DNA from: Seison nebaliae
Taxonomy: Eukaryota
NCBI GenBank assembly: GCA_023231475.1
Contig: JALJEE010002407.1
Coordinates: 1 to 64,000 of the forward strand
Length of the DNA stretch: 64,000 nucleotides
Direction: 5' to 3'
The position numbers and the translations under genes were made by a program. Every line of letters begins with the position of its first letter. Position 1 is the stretch's first letter. Of this stretch, positions 38,401 to 51,700 are shown in pieces. The notes beneath the pieces were generated by a model. That model had not been told where the DNA came from. It did no database searches and was given only the letters and a program-made list of their open reading frames with translations.

Positions 38401-41400
38401 GTCGAAAACTGGTCGTTTCTCTTCCAGCTCTTGTTCCAGTGCTTGAATTTGTCGAATAGATCTGAGCACATTCTGTGCAGAACCGAAATCACAAGACTCG
38501 ATCAATTTCTCCAATTCCTCTTCTCGGAACTTCAACCATTGAGTCAATTTTTCATGTTGCTGATTTAATCTCTCCCATTTTTGCAGTAATTGTGCCAATT
38601 GTTGTGTTCTCCACTCCACAAATTTACAAACGTTCGCCCATCGATCACTGAGGGAAATTAAACGGTTCTCTAAAGCGGCATAAGCTTATTAGAAAGATAA
38701 ATAAAAATAAATTGGATTAATTTTTGAAAATTAAAAGAAAACCGTTATCTGGTACATTCTCATCGACAACGACAATCATATGTTGGAGACAATTAACTTC
38801 TTCTTGTTCGTGTCGTATGGAATCCTGAAGTTCCTTTAATCTGGTTTTATATTCATAAGCTTGTTCCAAATTGTTGCCGTACGATTGGAGTTTTGGCGAG
38901 GCGATATATTTCTCCGTTTCATTCAACCAATCTTCTAACGATTCCAATTTGGCATTCTGCAACTTCGTCAGAAGGTTATGAAGATCTGATTGTCGATTCA
39001 TCGCTTTCACTCTCAATTCTTCCCATTCATTATTCAAATCTTTCATTCCACTTCTAATCTCATTCTCAACATTCTCTGGTAACGTCGACGATCTCGCCAC
39101 ATCATCACCGTCACCTGTTCCTCTTATCAGTAATGTTCCCTCGTGTAACACTTTGCCCACTTTCGATTGATGACGAGTTAATTCGAGCATGAAATCTTCA
39201 TGTGATTGAAATTGATCTTTTACATATTTCAAATCGTTCGGAGTACAAGCGGGAAGATTAAGTGAATTGGATTGTTGAAGACGACTATCTACTTGTTTCA
39301 ACCATTTGAATACTTCGGCTAAATGTTTCTTATAAGTGGAGAGGTCGATAATGGCGTTAGGCATCGTCTCTCGAGAATCGGAGGAGAATGCTCTCGATAC
39401 TCGAATTCCTGTCGTCCTTTTCAAGGGAGCGGAAGGAATTTGTTGTTGTGGCATTTTCTCATTCACCTTAATAATATGATCGGCAAATGAGATGTCTTCG
39501 TCGGGATTTTTTTGTTGTTTCTCTTTAGACACAGGCTTCTTCGATGGATCGTCTTCTGGTATGCATTGATAGAAGCGTGTTAAGTACATAATAATGGACT
39601 TCTTGTCCGGTAGATCGGTGAGAACATCTGGAATAATACGAGAAGAATTAGACGAAAAGGAATGATGGGAATTGTGATCATCAATGAAGATTGAAAGAAA
39701 GAAATTCTTTAAAAGAATGATGAACTCATGTTATTCTGTTATTCAGTCATTCATACGTACATCATGCAAAACCATAAAAATGGTGACATGAAATTTTTAT
39801 AAAAAATGATTCCATTGTTCTTGTATGGAATCAAACATTATCTGACCAACAATAAGTTGGAGGAGTATATAAAGAAATTTATTCCCATTTGATTACGTTA
39901 CAGTTATAGATATTGGATGGTGGATGCGTATGAAAAAGAAGAAAAAGAAAGAAGGGAACATCGATGATAGTTTGTGGTTTGAACAATCGTCTGCATTCAT
40001 CCGTACACGATCAATTTCTACCGTTTTCTCCCTATAAACATTACGTGTATAAGTTGTTGTGTACAAATTTATTTAGGTTCGAATACTGAATGATTGATAT
40101 AATGAAAATATGTATCAACATAGAACGACGAATATGTAATAAAATAAGAGGCAAACAGCGAGTATTATACGTACACCTCTCCACTACACCCTCCACATCG
40201 AGAGAATAGGGAAATATACATTCATAAAATAGACCTGGTAACACATTGAATGGCCCACAACAAGTGTTTGTATAACGCTACATTTTCTCTTCTTTCTACT
40301 CTTATGAGTTATGGATGAAGACGATCTATCTTACACTACCCATACCATTGAATCGTCGGCAGTTATGAATAATTCGAATAAAATTTTTCAATTATACCAA
40401 TAAAAATATTATGGAAATTAAATTTAAATTAAATTATTTCAATATCAAGGATACATAGAAATATGAATAGCATAGGAATTATATAATCAATTGTTCCGTT
40501 TTATTATGGAAATTTTCATCATTATCATTGTCGATTCAACAACCGTTTTAATGAAAAATATACGAAATTATTTTTTCGACGAAATTCCATTTACAAACAA
40601 ATTATAATTTATTTTTATCATTCTTTTATAATTCTATGATAAGTCAGAAATATTTTTCTTTTCGGATAAATTGGAAATTACTCAAATCATAAAGTTATCG
40701 TAACTTGATGAAATTCAATTTAGTTTATCTGTCTCAAATCGTTAAGAAATCATAAATTATGAATGTTGAAAGAGAATGTCAATTAGAACGTGTGAGTGAG
40801 TTACCATTCGACATGTACACCATAAATTCAATGAAATGATATGAAAGTGATATGTCAAGAAAGAGTTGATGAAAGTAGTCGAATATGGAGAATCATTAGA
40901 AAGACCAGATAAACGTACTTTAGAAGTTATTGATCTAGAAAGGAAATTTGTTAGTAATTGTTAGAGAATTAATCGATATAAACAAAATTATCCTTTTCCC
41001 GCTAATCTTCGACCCTAACTCTCAGTTCTATATATTCATACAACTATCAATTCACACTTATCTTTATCGACGACTAATTCATATAAAAACTCCTTTTTTG
41101 TTGTACGGGAATGGCGTTAACTTTATGGTCGACAATTAAGCAGACATATAAAACTATAACGATTGAAGAATATTTGGCGATAAGTGAATAATAAAAGAAA
41201 CTCCTCAACCATAGCAAAGTAGTTGATAGAAAGTTAGAATCGGTTGGAATCCCATTAATCAATTTCAAATAACAAACATCTTTTCTCATTAATTGTTTAT
41301 ACTCGTTCAATAAAAAATCATTTCCGATAAAGTGGTTAATAGTAGTAATAGGAAATGAGAATGATTACACGAAAACATCTTCATTATGTATTCCATCTCA

Positions 41401-44400
41401 CAGTCAATTCCTAATTGATGATGAATGGAAGAATCGTTCCTCAAATCGGATTTTCGGCAAATATATTTATTTTCAAGGTTCGTTCCTTGAACAATCCCTA
41501 ACAATAACATTGAAGACGAATAACCGGTATTTAGAAAGATATGAAAAATACAGAAGTTAAATGTCAAGAAAATTGACATAACAACATCTCACATTGTTAC
41601 ATGGTTTCCGTCGATCGCTTAACAACTTCTCCAGCTATTTCGTATTAGAATCTTGAAAGGATCTACAATCGATCTGGGGTTTCATTTATTCGTCTTATGT
41701 AACTTACTGTTTTCATATAGTAGTCAGAAACAAATTGTCTTCTTCGAAATACGAAAGAACAAACAGATGACGAAGAACAATTCTTCTCAAATTAATCAGA
41801 AATGAATTAAACCGGTAAAACTTTTGGAAAAATATTTCAGTGTATACACTATAATAATCAATAAATTATAATTTATCGTAACATATAATTAATCAATCTG
41901 GTGTAAATTTCTAGGTACATAAAAAAACTATAAATACAAACCTAATATTTCTAGTCGTATAGAAGATATATCAGTGGAGAAGATATATCATTGTTCTTTT
42001 GAAAAAAGAATTCGATATAAATTTTTATAGAAAAGGAACATTAATAGAGAAGGTGTTACATCATAAACATATAATGAGATGGTTGATAAGTGCATAAGAA
42101 TCAGCATGTTTCCTTCCTCCTTCTCTCAGAAATTGAGTACAAATTAAATATAACATTTGCATAATAAAATCATTAAACTGCTAGACATATTACATAAAAG
42201 TCAATTGTCATTATTGATTGAAACATGTTCGTCTTGAGTGACAAGTGTCGAAAGACAGAAGGTCTTCTTATCATGATAGGTGAATCATCATCGAATAATT
42301 TTAACAATTCTTTCTTAAATTCTTAACAAATTTTTTATCTTAAACATATTTTCAGGAACACCACATAAACAGGAGCAATTAAGCTTAAGCATTTTAATCA
42401 GAACAAATTTCAAGTTTCACATAAACTACAAATATTTTCCTTTTACTATTTATCCTTTTCGATCGTTTCCTCATTCTCATTCTACGTACAGATGAAGAAG
42501 ATTAATACTGTGTAATTTGTTCTAGATGATACGAATAAAGATAAACAAATCTCTTCAAAAATTCTAATGGCAACCACCATCAAATAGTTTTTGATGGGAA
42601 AGGTGTGAAACAAGTGTAATTTATCTTCCACATGACAAACAAGATGCAACTGAAAAGGAAATAAGTTGAAAGTTACAAATTTCCCGTGAAATTTACGAAC
42701 TTTGCTATAAAGTATTAGAAGGAAATCAACACCAGAATATTCGTAGAAAGAAACAATTTTGTTCTTTGGAAACGATGAATTTATTTCTTTCCATAAAATT
42801 GATGAGCATATCGGTTGTTCAACTGATATTTTTGTTGGATAAAAAAATTATTATTTTTCCTAATTATTCTTCCATTTTTTTCCCAGTAGACCGGATTAGT
42901 TTACGTAAATCTTTTTTTGTTGAGAGGTGATAGTTAGTAGGTGATACCTTTATCTTCTTTTTTTTTATTTATCAGAATTTTGAGATTATTAAAGAAAATT
43001 ATTAAATTGATTCGAAGAAAAATCATTTGAATTAATTTGACAAGTGAATCATCTGATTATCCCATAAACTAAATGAAGACTAAAAAAGATGGTTTTCTTC
43101 TCTAAAGAAGAGGCACTTTAAAAATAAATTAATTCTTCGTCTCATTCGGTCGATGCGATAATATTCTCTATTTGTGAGAGTCTCATCATATAATGTGTTT
43201 TAGTTGTCATGACAATGAGCTTTACAAATAACTTTTATTTCCTGATGCGGAACAAAATCGTTTCATTTTGACAGAACATCTAACATTCATTCATTTATTT
43301 ATTGACAATTGTCAAATAAATATTGATAATTACTAATACGTACCGATATGTATGATATGTATATATCGATCTGGAGGGAACTGCGGTTGAGTAAGACAAC
43401 TTTCTCAAACGGGTCTAATGTTCTCATGTCAACAACAATAACAACAATAACAACAGTATGTAACATAAAACAATAACGTATTAATACAGCATAAATCTTT
43501 ATGCGAAATGTAAGACCTAAGAACATGTGTGTGAGGAGAACATAATTAACATTCCAGGAAATGTGGTCGAGTCTCGGAACTTCTTCTCGTCAGCAGAACA
43601 GCGGAACATATGTTTAATCTATCACTATTACAATCCATTAATATCCAGCCACATTGCCTATTAACATTTCGATTTGGAAAGTACTGATGAATATCGAAAT
43701 CGAGTATCTTCTCCTCAAAGTCCTCATAGAATGAGAGAACACTGATGAAATAATCATTTCAAATCGAACGGACGATTAGGAATTCAATATACTTTCGGGG
43801 AGAGAACATAATTTGCATTGTCTTTATCTTACACAATTGTATATAAAACAAATTAAATATATATATATATATTTCAATGGTAAATTCTTATTCGCTTATC
43901 CTCATACCGGCAATAGTTCCGTCTAAAATTTTCCTTACATATCACATGTCTCATCATTCCTATACACACATACATTCACACATATATACACACATTTACA
44001 CACACATTCACACGAACAGGCCCATTCAATCATTGTGTGGAATTAAATAATTCTTGATAAGAAAAGAATAGGAATGAGTAGAACTATGTTATGTAAGAAG
44101 AAGAAGATGAAGAAACAGAAGAATAAACGTAGAATGAACGATAGAATTTAGGAATTATACTGTGTTTCCATTTTCAGACAATATTTCGATTAAGTCGAAA
44201 TGACATAATTTTCATTAATCAGAAAATTGCATCAAAGAAATAAAACTCTCGTAGAGAATAGAAGAAAGAAGAAAACCTTCAACATCTAATAATTTCTCAA
44301 CACCAAACTCCTTCTCAGCTACATCGAAAGCGTGATGTAATCTTGTCGGCATATCCATCTTCTCGACCATTTTCCATTCGAATAAATTTGGACTATTTAT

Positions 44401-45521
44401 CAATTACATAATTCTCATTAACATCCAAAAAATTTACCATGAAAAATCAACTTTTGTTTATGTATCAGAGCATTGAATGCCAAACCATCTCTCCAGGATT
44501 TGGTGAAATCTCTCACTGGAGTGCCATAACCTTCGGTGGCTCTCTGTGACCAATTGAGAAAGATTTTTTCTCCGTGTTTATCTGGATCAAGATTTTTTCC
44601 TTCAGCCGCAAATACTCGACTTAATTCCTTCAGAGCTTCTCTCACCTGTTCCATCGTTATAGTATTACAAATGAATTAAATAAGCGGAAACCTGCCACTG
44701 ATTAATGATACTCCAAACGAGACCCAATGTCAATTTTTGGTTTCCATCCACCACATTATCAGCCGATATATTAACCAATTTCACCTAAAATTTTTTTATT
44801 AAAACATTTAAAAGATAAAATTTTTCAAAAAAAAATTTCCAAAGAAAATTTAACTCCTTGTTCGTTAATGAATTCCAAAACATTATTCACATTATTCAGT
44901 TTATGTACTCGCATCGTTCCTCGTTCCGGACGCTAAACCATCAACAAATTCAAATTCAGATGAAAGAGATTAAAACCATCGGTATTCCTGATAAGATTTC
45001 TAATAATTTCAAAAGAATTTTCCCATCGCGTAAATCGGTTGAGAAATTTTTCACGAAATCCACTTCCTCCCCATTTTTGGCGCCCTATGAAATTTGAGTA
45101 TATGAATAAAAGTTAAAAAACGAACTCTTTGTAATTGAGCGTTGATCCATCGAGTGAAAGTCTTTTCCTGAACATCAGTTTGCTCATTCGCTTTCTCTTC
45201 GATAATTTGTCGAAATTCATCAACTTCCGGTTCTTTTTCCGACGACACCAGATAACCCCACACTTCTGGATTGTTGTTGCTGTTATTGTTGATGTTTGTA
45301 TTGTTACCAGAATTAGTTGCAATTAATTTGGAAGGAGCGTAGTCTCCATATGGTTGATAGACGAAGGGAGCACCGTCAATTGTTCCGGTGAAGATATCGG
45401 TATTTCTATTTATCGAATCCGGCCGGTCAACCATGTGTAGGGGACCTCCAGCAGCTCCTAATCGGTTCCCGTAATAAATTGGTGATTGTCCATGATTCTG
45501 CTCACTATTATTGTCAAACAT
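23430..45521 (-). CDS. DMD: Dystrophin/utrophin: tandem CH actin-binding domains plus spectrin-repeat rod, about 2400 aa; no WW/EF-hand/ZZ exons found in the window
   Basis: CH domains: [70 protein letters not shown]. Dystrophin-type repeats: [92 protein letters not shown]. Confidence 0.93.
25507..26913 (-). CDS. Putative alternative first exon of dystrophin (469 aa, disordered)
   Basis: The ATG-initiated ORF ends at a phase-0 CAA|GTAAAT donor (25506) matching the phase-0 acceptor at 25332, which is also used by the upstream rod exon. Confidence 0.65.
32338..33418 (-). CDS. Putative alternative first exon of dystrophin (360 aa, His/Asn-rich, disordered)
   Basis: The ATG is preceded by an in-frame TGA. 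The phase-1 donor CCAG|GTTTCA (32337) matches the phase-1 acceptor at 32197 (G|AT AGG GCC). Confidence 0.7.
35101..35134 (-). CDS. Candidate 34-nt dystrophin micro-exon ([11 protein letters not shown])
   Basis: Flanked by TAG| and |GTAAAT. Phase 0 in and phase 1 out bridge the phase-0 donor at about 37792 and the phase-1 acceptor at 32197. Confidence 0.6.
35794..35820 (+). repeat. Interrupted (CA)n tract in a dystrophin intron
   Basis: CACACACATATATACACACACACACAC is directly visible. Confidence 0.85.
43964..44013 (+). repeat. Interrupted (CA)n tract in a dystrophin intron
   Basis: Directly visible. It shares the CACACATATATACACAC core with the tract at 35794. Confidence 0.8.
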
Positions 45522-48500
45522 GGTCAGGTATTTAATTTGCGAAGAATTATCTCATTCTTGAGAAGAATTCTTGAAGAATTAACAAAATTTTGAAGAGAAT
45601 ATTCTTTTTTAAATAATTTAATGAAAAAGTGAATCTACTCTAAAGAAATGAGAATTGTATTAAAATTACATCCACATATTAGAATTATATTCATATATTA
45701 TAATTATTAGAATTTAGATCAGACTAGCTGACTCGATATTGATTCGACGGAATTGAAAGGTAACATTTGAAAAGATAATGCTAAAAAAATACAAATAAAA
45801 AATTCACACTCTTCCCAACAACCATGAACGATGATCATAAGTATGATATTAGAAAGTTTACAATTATTTGATATTATTGCGAAAAGGCAAATGGATTTCC
45901 TCTGCTTCTTCTGATGGGAAAAAAGTAGTTTCACTATCGTCCTTCCACCCTATTAACATTTGGTATGGCAATTGCTAATTCGGCTACGGTATCTGGAGAA
46001 GAAATTTACTTCCGTCTTAAACAACTCCCGCCGATACTCATTCCTCCCCACCTCAATCTCGAGTAGAATCGTAATGAAAAGTGAAGATTGGAATGAAGTA
46101 TCTATTTCTTCCGAAATTAACACCGCAGTCCTATTTCCTGTTCCATCGAATAACATACTTTCATAGGAAGAAATTAATTAAAATTTATTAATTTCTCCCA
46201 TCACATATTGATTAGGATGGAGGAATCCATCATAAAACAAACATAGGAAAGAGAATGAGAGAAGTTTTCTTTAGATATTTGAAGGTAAAAAATGAGTCGA
46301 AGGAAATGATAAAAATGAGAATGATTCACAACAAATGATTTCAATTCCAAGTGAGTTCGTTTCTTATCCGATGAGAAATATTATGAATAATTTTAATGAA
46401 AAAACGAGAATTTTCACCTTTGTTTTCCATCAGATAATGCCTAATATCTAATTGGAAAATATTCAAATTTGAAAATTGTCGAATGATATAAAATTTATGG
46501 AATGGGATCTCCTCCTGGAATTGTAGTTATTGATTATATGAGTGATGTTTGTTTATCGATGTCTAGAAAAGGAAATCAATCAGAAGAGAATTGAACATTC
46601 ATTCGCCAAATGAAGAGATGATACTTGTCCGGCGACTCGATCGGAACGACAGTGAAAATCGGAGAACGTGAAGTAGACAGAGAACCTGAATCTATTTCGA
46701 ACCGGTACGTTATTATTCCAGATAGGAATAGTGATGAGATAAAAATAAACAGATTAAAATAATAATGATGATGGGAATGAGAAGAAGAATAAGACGGAAT
46801 GGAAGAAAGTTGTTGTAAAGAATATGTATATATGTTGTATAAACGAATTTAATGCGCTGATGACGGAGGAGGATGTTGGCAACGAAGAGTGGAAAATTAG
46901 GAGAATTTGAAGTTGAACATCAAAGTGGAAGATGAACGTAATAGTAATAATGATGTCGATTGAATGCATGGATGGAAGAGGAGTTGTTTCTTCCAAAAAA
47001 ATTTGGAGAAATAATTTTTCTTTAATTTTATTCATAAACTAAACTATCGATACACTGACTCGGGCATACACGTTCCACTCAACATACCGACATCTGACAC
47101 CCAAAAGAAATAATTCGTTTCTTTATTTAATTTAATTAAAACGATAATTTATGTAGGAAGAACGAGTTCCTTGATTGGAGCTCATATATACGCATATTGG
47201 ACCCGTTGCTTTTACGTAGAGCCACACCTATCTTCAAATCAAGCACATCATCTTATCATCGTATGGAATAAACGTTAAATGGCATGTATTTGTATAATGA
47301 TCCATATGGAGAGGATATATGTGAAAAATAACTTGAAATTATTAGAAACTATTCAAAAATCATTAGCCCACTATACAACTAATATAAAAAGAAACTTTCA
47401 TTACTTAACCAAAAAACCGAATTTTAATCAAAAATTAATTGCCCAACTATTTGATTTGCGGTCCGATTTCCTACTGAAATTTAGTGTTACTCTAAACAAC
47501 CGTAAAATGATTCAATTGAACATTATATTTTTTATGAAACAAATAATAATTTTTTCGAAATTGAAAATTTCTCATTTACATTCCTCCCTAACATTTATCT
47601 GACATATTTGGAGAAAGTGGGAAGTGATAAAGGAGAATTGAAAAATATTTCTTCAAAAAAAAAATTCAAACAATAATCATTGAACTCACTACATAATACA
47701 GTTGTCAGTATCATTATTCATGAATTCGATGTTGCCTTGTTATCGAGAGATATTGTATGGGAGAAGGAATGAATGTTCACGATAACAATGTTCATTAGTT
47801 ATATCGATTCAACTATTCGTTCGTTGAATTAACTCGTTAGATAAAAAGAATTTCCATTAACCGATGTTACATAATAAAAGATATTTATCAGATGATCATT
47901 ATTCTCATTACGTATTCGATTATATAATAGAAGAATGACTGATTGATTATTTTAGGAAGAAGCAGTGAACTGATCGAATGGATCAAATAGTTGGTTGGAG
48001 GGCGATAGAAATCGGTTGGATAAAATTAATTCATCTCCCTTTCACCTCAAGTAAACATAATCTTATGAATTGATAACAGATGTGAATTTAATGCAACTTA
48101 ATCTAATATTTATATGAAATGTTCCCGTCGATTCTCTGTCAGATTTCTTAATTATCACAAATTCAAATTCAATTTGTTATGTGGCGAACTGACTCCTCTT
48201 CTTTTTCTTCAATCAACTAATCAAACAACAAATACCATAATAGTATATGAATCATACACATACTCATCGATTATATAATCTACTCGGACTGGAATTCATC
48301 ACGTCATTTCTTTCACCATCATTGTGATTTTTGGAATGGAAATCAAATTTGGACGAATTTCCGAATGGAATTCATTCAACTTTTTTTATTAATCGGACGG
48401 AAATTCCTTATAGTATCTTTTTGATCTTAGTATCTTGTAATTTCACATTTATTCAGATATATCTTAATATTCCACTCTCATTCCTCATGAGAAATATGTG

Positions 48501-48789
48501 TAGCATAATTTCTAAAATTTCTGCTAAATAAAACTGAATTTCAATGATTTCGTTTCCACAATAAATTTTCAATTTGATAATGATGGCACAAATATATTAT
48601 TCCGTCCAAATTGGACGTTTAAAAGTTGATAGTAGAATTAATTCTATTTGAAAATGAATAGAATTCGTCTATGAAGAATTTCCTGTTTCTATTGAATTAT
48701 CTTTAGAATGATAATTATCATTCATCAATCGATGTTTTGATGTCAGGTATTTATCTCTCCTTATTCAACCGTTCATTTTTTTCATAGTG

Positions 48790-51700
48790 AGGGTTGTGTA
48801 ATAGAAGAAGAAGAGAATTGCATAAGAGAAAGAAAACAAACGAAATTTAATGAAAAGAGAAGAAAATAAGAAGTTTTGATCAAATCTGCTTCGTCATCAT
48901 CGAAATGGGATTTCTGATATTTCCGATAATAATTCATTCAATTCCTTCTCCTCATTGCCTGGTGATATAGTTGTTTCGAATACGTTCATCATCTGCAAAT
49001 AATCCACTCATTAATTATATCAACATGGATTATATCAACGAATAATTTATCTTTATCGTTTCTTCTTCTTCTTCTTCCTCCTCCAAAATTAGTAATCGCT
49101 CCCAAAACTTATTATAACAAATCGTCCAGTGTTAGTCCATTCCACATCTGTTACTTCCATCAAATTCCCCTTCTGATGTATAATCGATCGATATACAGAG
49201 AAAATCTCATAATTCCTTCTAATGCAAATTTCTTTTTCATCCATCATATAATATCATCAGTCGATATAAAAAAAGAGATGCCAACTACTATCAATATTAA
49301 TATTAGTATTAATGAAAATTTAGAGGATTGGATGTGGTTATATCTCCATCGGAATCGGAAGACATCAAATAGTTTAGTGCATGGAGATGGAATGAAATTA
49401 GAAAGTAACAAACCGCCCATTCAATGAAAAACTTCTAACGCCTGGTCGATCGTAATTGCCTTGTTGGAAATCCATCAAACTAATCGTTGGAACATCACTC
49501 CCATTGATCATACTGGCAATTGCCGTCGGATTAGTATTATGATTATAATAACCGTTTTGACTCAGATAATTATTTGATGAAGTTCCATTAATTAATTGTT
49601 CCGTCGATTTGTTGTATGACTGATCTGGATACATCATTGGCAATTCAGTTGTTGACGTTGACGTCATACCAACTACATCAAATTATTCATTAAAACTTAA
49701 TTTAATGTGTTAATTTAACCTAAACTATTGGCAGACGTTAAAGGATCAGTGGATGGTTCTTGTTCCATCGGATAATGTGGAGCTGACATCATCGAATGAT
49801 GGGAATGATGTCGTTGTGGATATTGGTAGAAAGCATTCTTATGTGGTGAACGACCACGATGATATGCTTGATTTCCTCCACAAACCGTTTCCGTCGGTAA
49901 TTGACAGGTAGGTGGAATGATTGGAAAAACACTCGTCTCTTGCATCACAATATCTCGTTTAACCGTTTTCAAAACTACAAAAATTTCAATAATAAAATAT
50001 TCATAAAAATAATTCTGAGAATTAATTCAAATAACATTCTCTGATTTTCGCTCTCTTCAAACAATTTCTCAGGAATAAACACAAACAACAAGATGTCAAC
50101 AACGCCAATAAGGGCAGGAGACCCAAGAGAACCGTCGCCGCGATCAATTTATCATCATAATCCAAATCATTCATTTTAAATTTACGAATTTTACTACACA
50201 TTTTCTTAATGGAACCAAATTGGAAAATGCAAAAAATAATTTCAATTACTAACTACTAATCGATGAACTAGACCGTTCGAGTTGGCATGTTCGATCGCTT
50301 CGTCATCTGAAAGAATTCGATTTCCACGAACTAACGAAAAAACTAATGAAGTGAAATCTTTTCTGATCGACAATGGTTCAATCGATGCAATCGATGGAAT
50401 CACACCTGCCGTTTTCGACAGAGCCTCCATCAATTGTGGTAGTTGTTTTTTCACTTGTTCAATATCCTGATTTAATATCGCTTGTAATCGATTACTGCAA
50501 TCTTTCGTTACATGAACCTGAAAATTATTTTGAAAAATTTGAGTTATTTCAAAAATTGAACTTTACAAATTTTATCAGCGAAATTCTTTTCCTGTTTAGC
50601 TCGAATTTTCACATAAACAACTTTCGCTTCCTCTTCATCGAATTGTTGAATGAAACTGGAAAATGACGGGCCAATTTTTAAACAAGCGCCATTACTTGGA
50701 AGAATTTCAGTTGACGAGAAATTCCGATGAATAAGAAAAGTGTTTCTGTTCAATTGACGATTTCTCGTTCTCACTTCTTCGATCGAGTAAACGATATCTT
50801 CAAATAAATGTTCATTCTCCAATTTCGTTCGGAGAATACATGACGATTTACCAAACGGTAAATTATCCAGCATTAAGTGAGCTAAAATTGAGAAAAAATC
50901 AAATTTTTCACAAATTTTACAGTCTAACAATTTTCACAAGATGAAAAATTTTCGAAAACCATCGGTGTTTCTGCGTCAGCGACTTGACAAACGTGGATGA
51001 TTGATTTAGCACAATCTTCCACTTTCTCCATCATATCTAAGTTTTTCAGAATCTTTATCACATTTATAATTTGAATTAATCGAGAATGATGAAGGAAAAA
51101 CCTGCGCTTGGAACATGAAACAATCCTGTTGAGCGGGTAATAATTTCCTCAATAATAACGTTCCATCATTATGAAGAACAAAATATTTTCGATCATTCAA
51201 ATCTCCTGAAATTTCACATGAAAAATATTTGATTATTAATTACAAATTATAAATTAAATTAATTAATATACAACAATTAAACCTGATAAAGTTAAAGTTG
51301 GATAAATTTCTGTTAAGTTGTCCATTTGATAAAAGTTCAATTTTCCTATTGTCGTTCCAGGTTTATTCTGAGATTGACTAATGGTAAAATGATAATCGAA
51401 ATTTTGTCCCATATCATTCTGAAATTACATTAGAATATCATTCAAATATGATGGAAATTGAGGGATGATGGAAACTAACAAATTCCGACGGTTTTACAAA
51501 ACATATCGGATTGTCTTTCTCGTTCGTTATACAGATGGGTAGAAGTGTTACATGAACATTGGACGAGGGACTATAGTAAGATGGAATTGAATTAATAAAA
51601 GCGATTATCGGTAACTGAAAATGAAAAGTTAAAATTTGAAATTTAATGAATAAGGAATGAACATCAATGATGATATGTTTAGCTGTTGTTATCGATCGTA

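Noticed and set aside
42575..42830. Small hairpins (CCATCAAA/TTTGATGG; ATATCGGTT/AACTGATAT)
   Set aside because: Stems of 8-9 bp are expected by chance in AT-rich sequence.
39700..44200. Short ORFs in the 4.6-kb dystrophin intron
   Set aside because: They have non-coding composition and no motifs or consistent exon chain.
45600..48700. Short ORFs and a compositionally odd patch (about 47300-47600) upstream of dystrophin
   Set aside because: I could identify no homology, terminal repeats or RNA gene.
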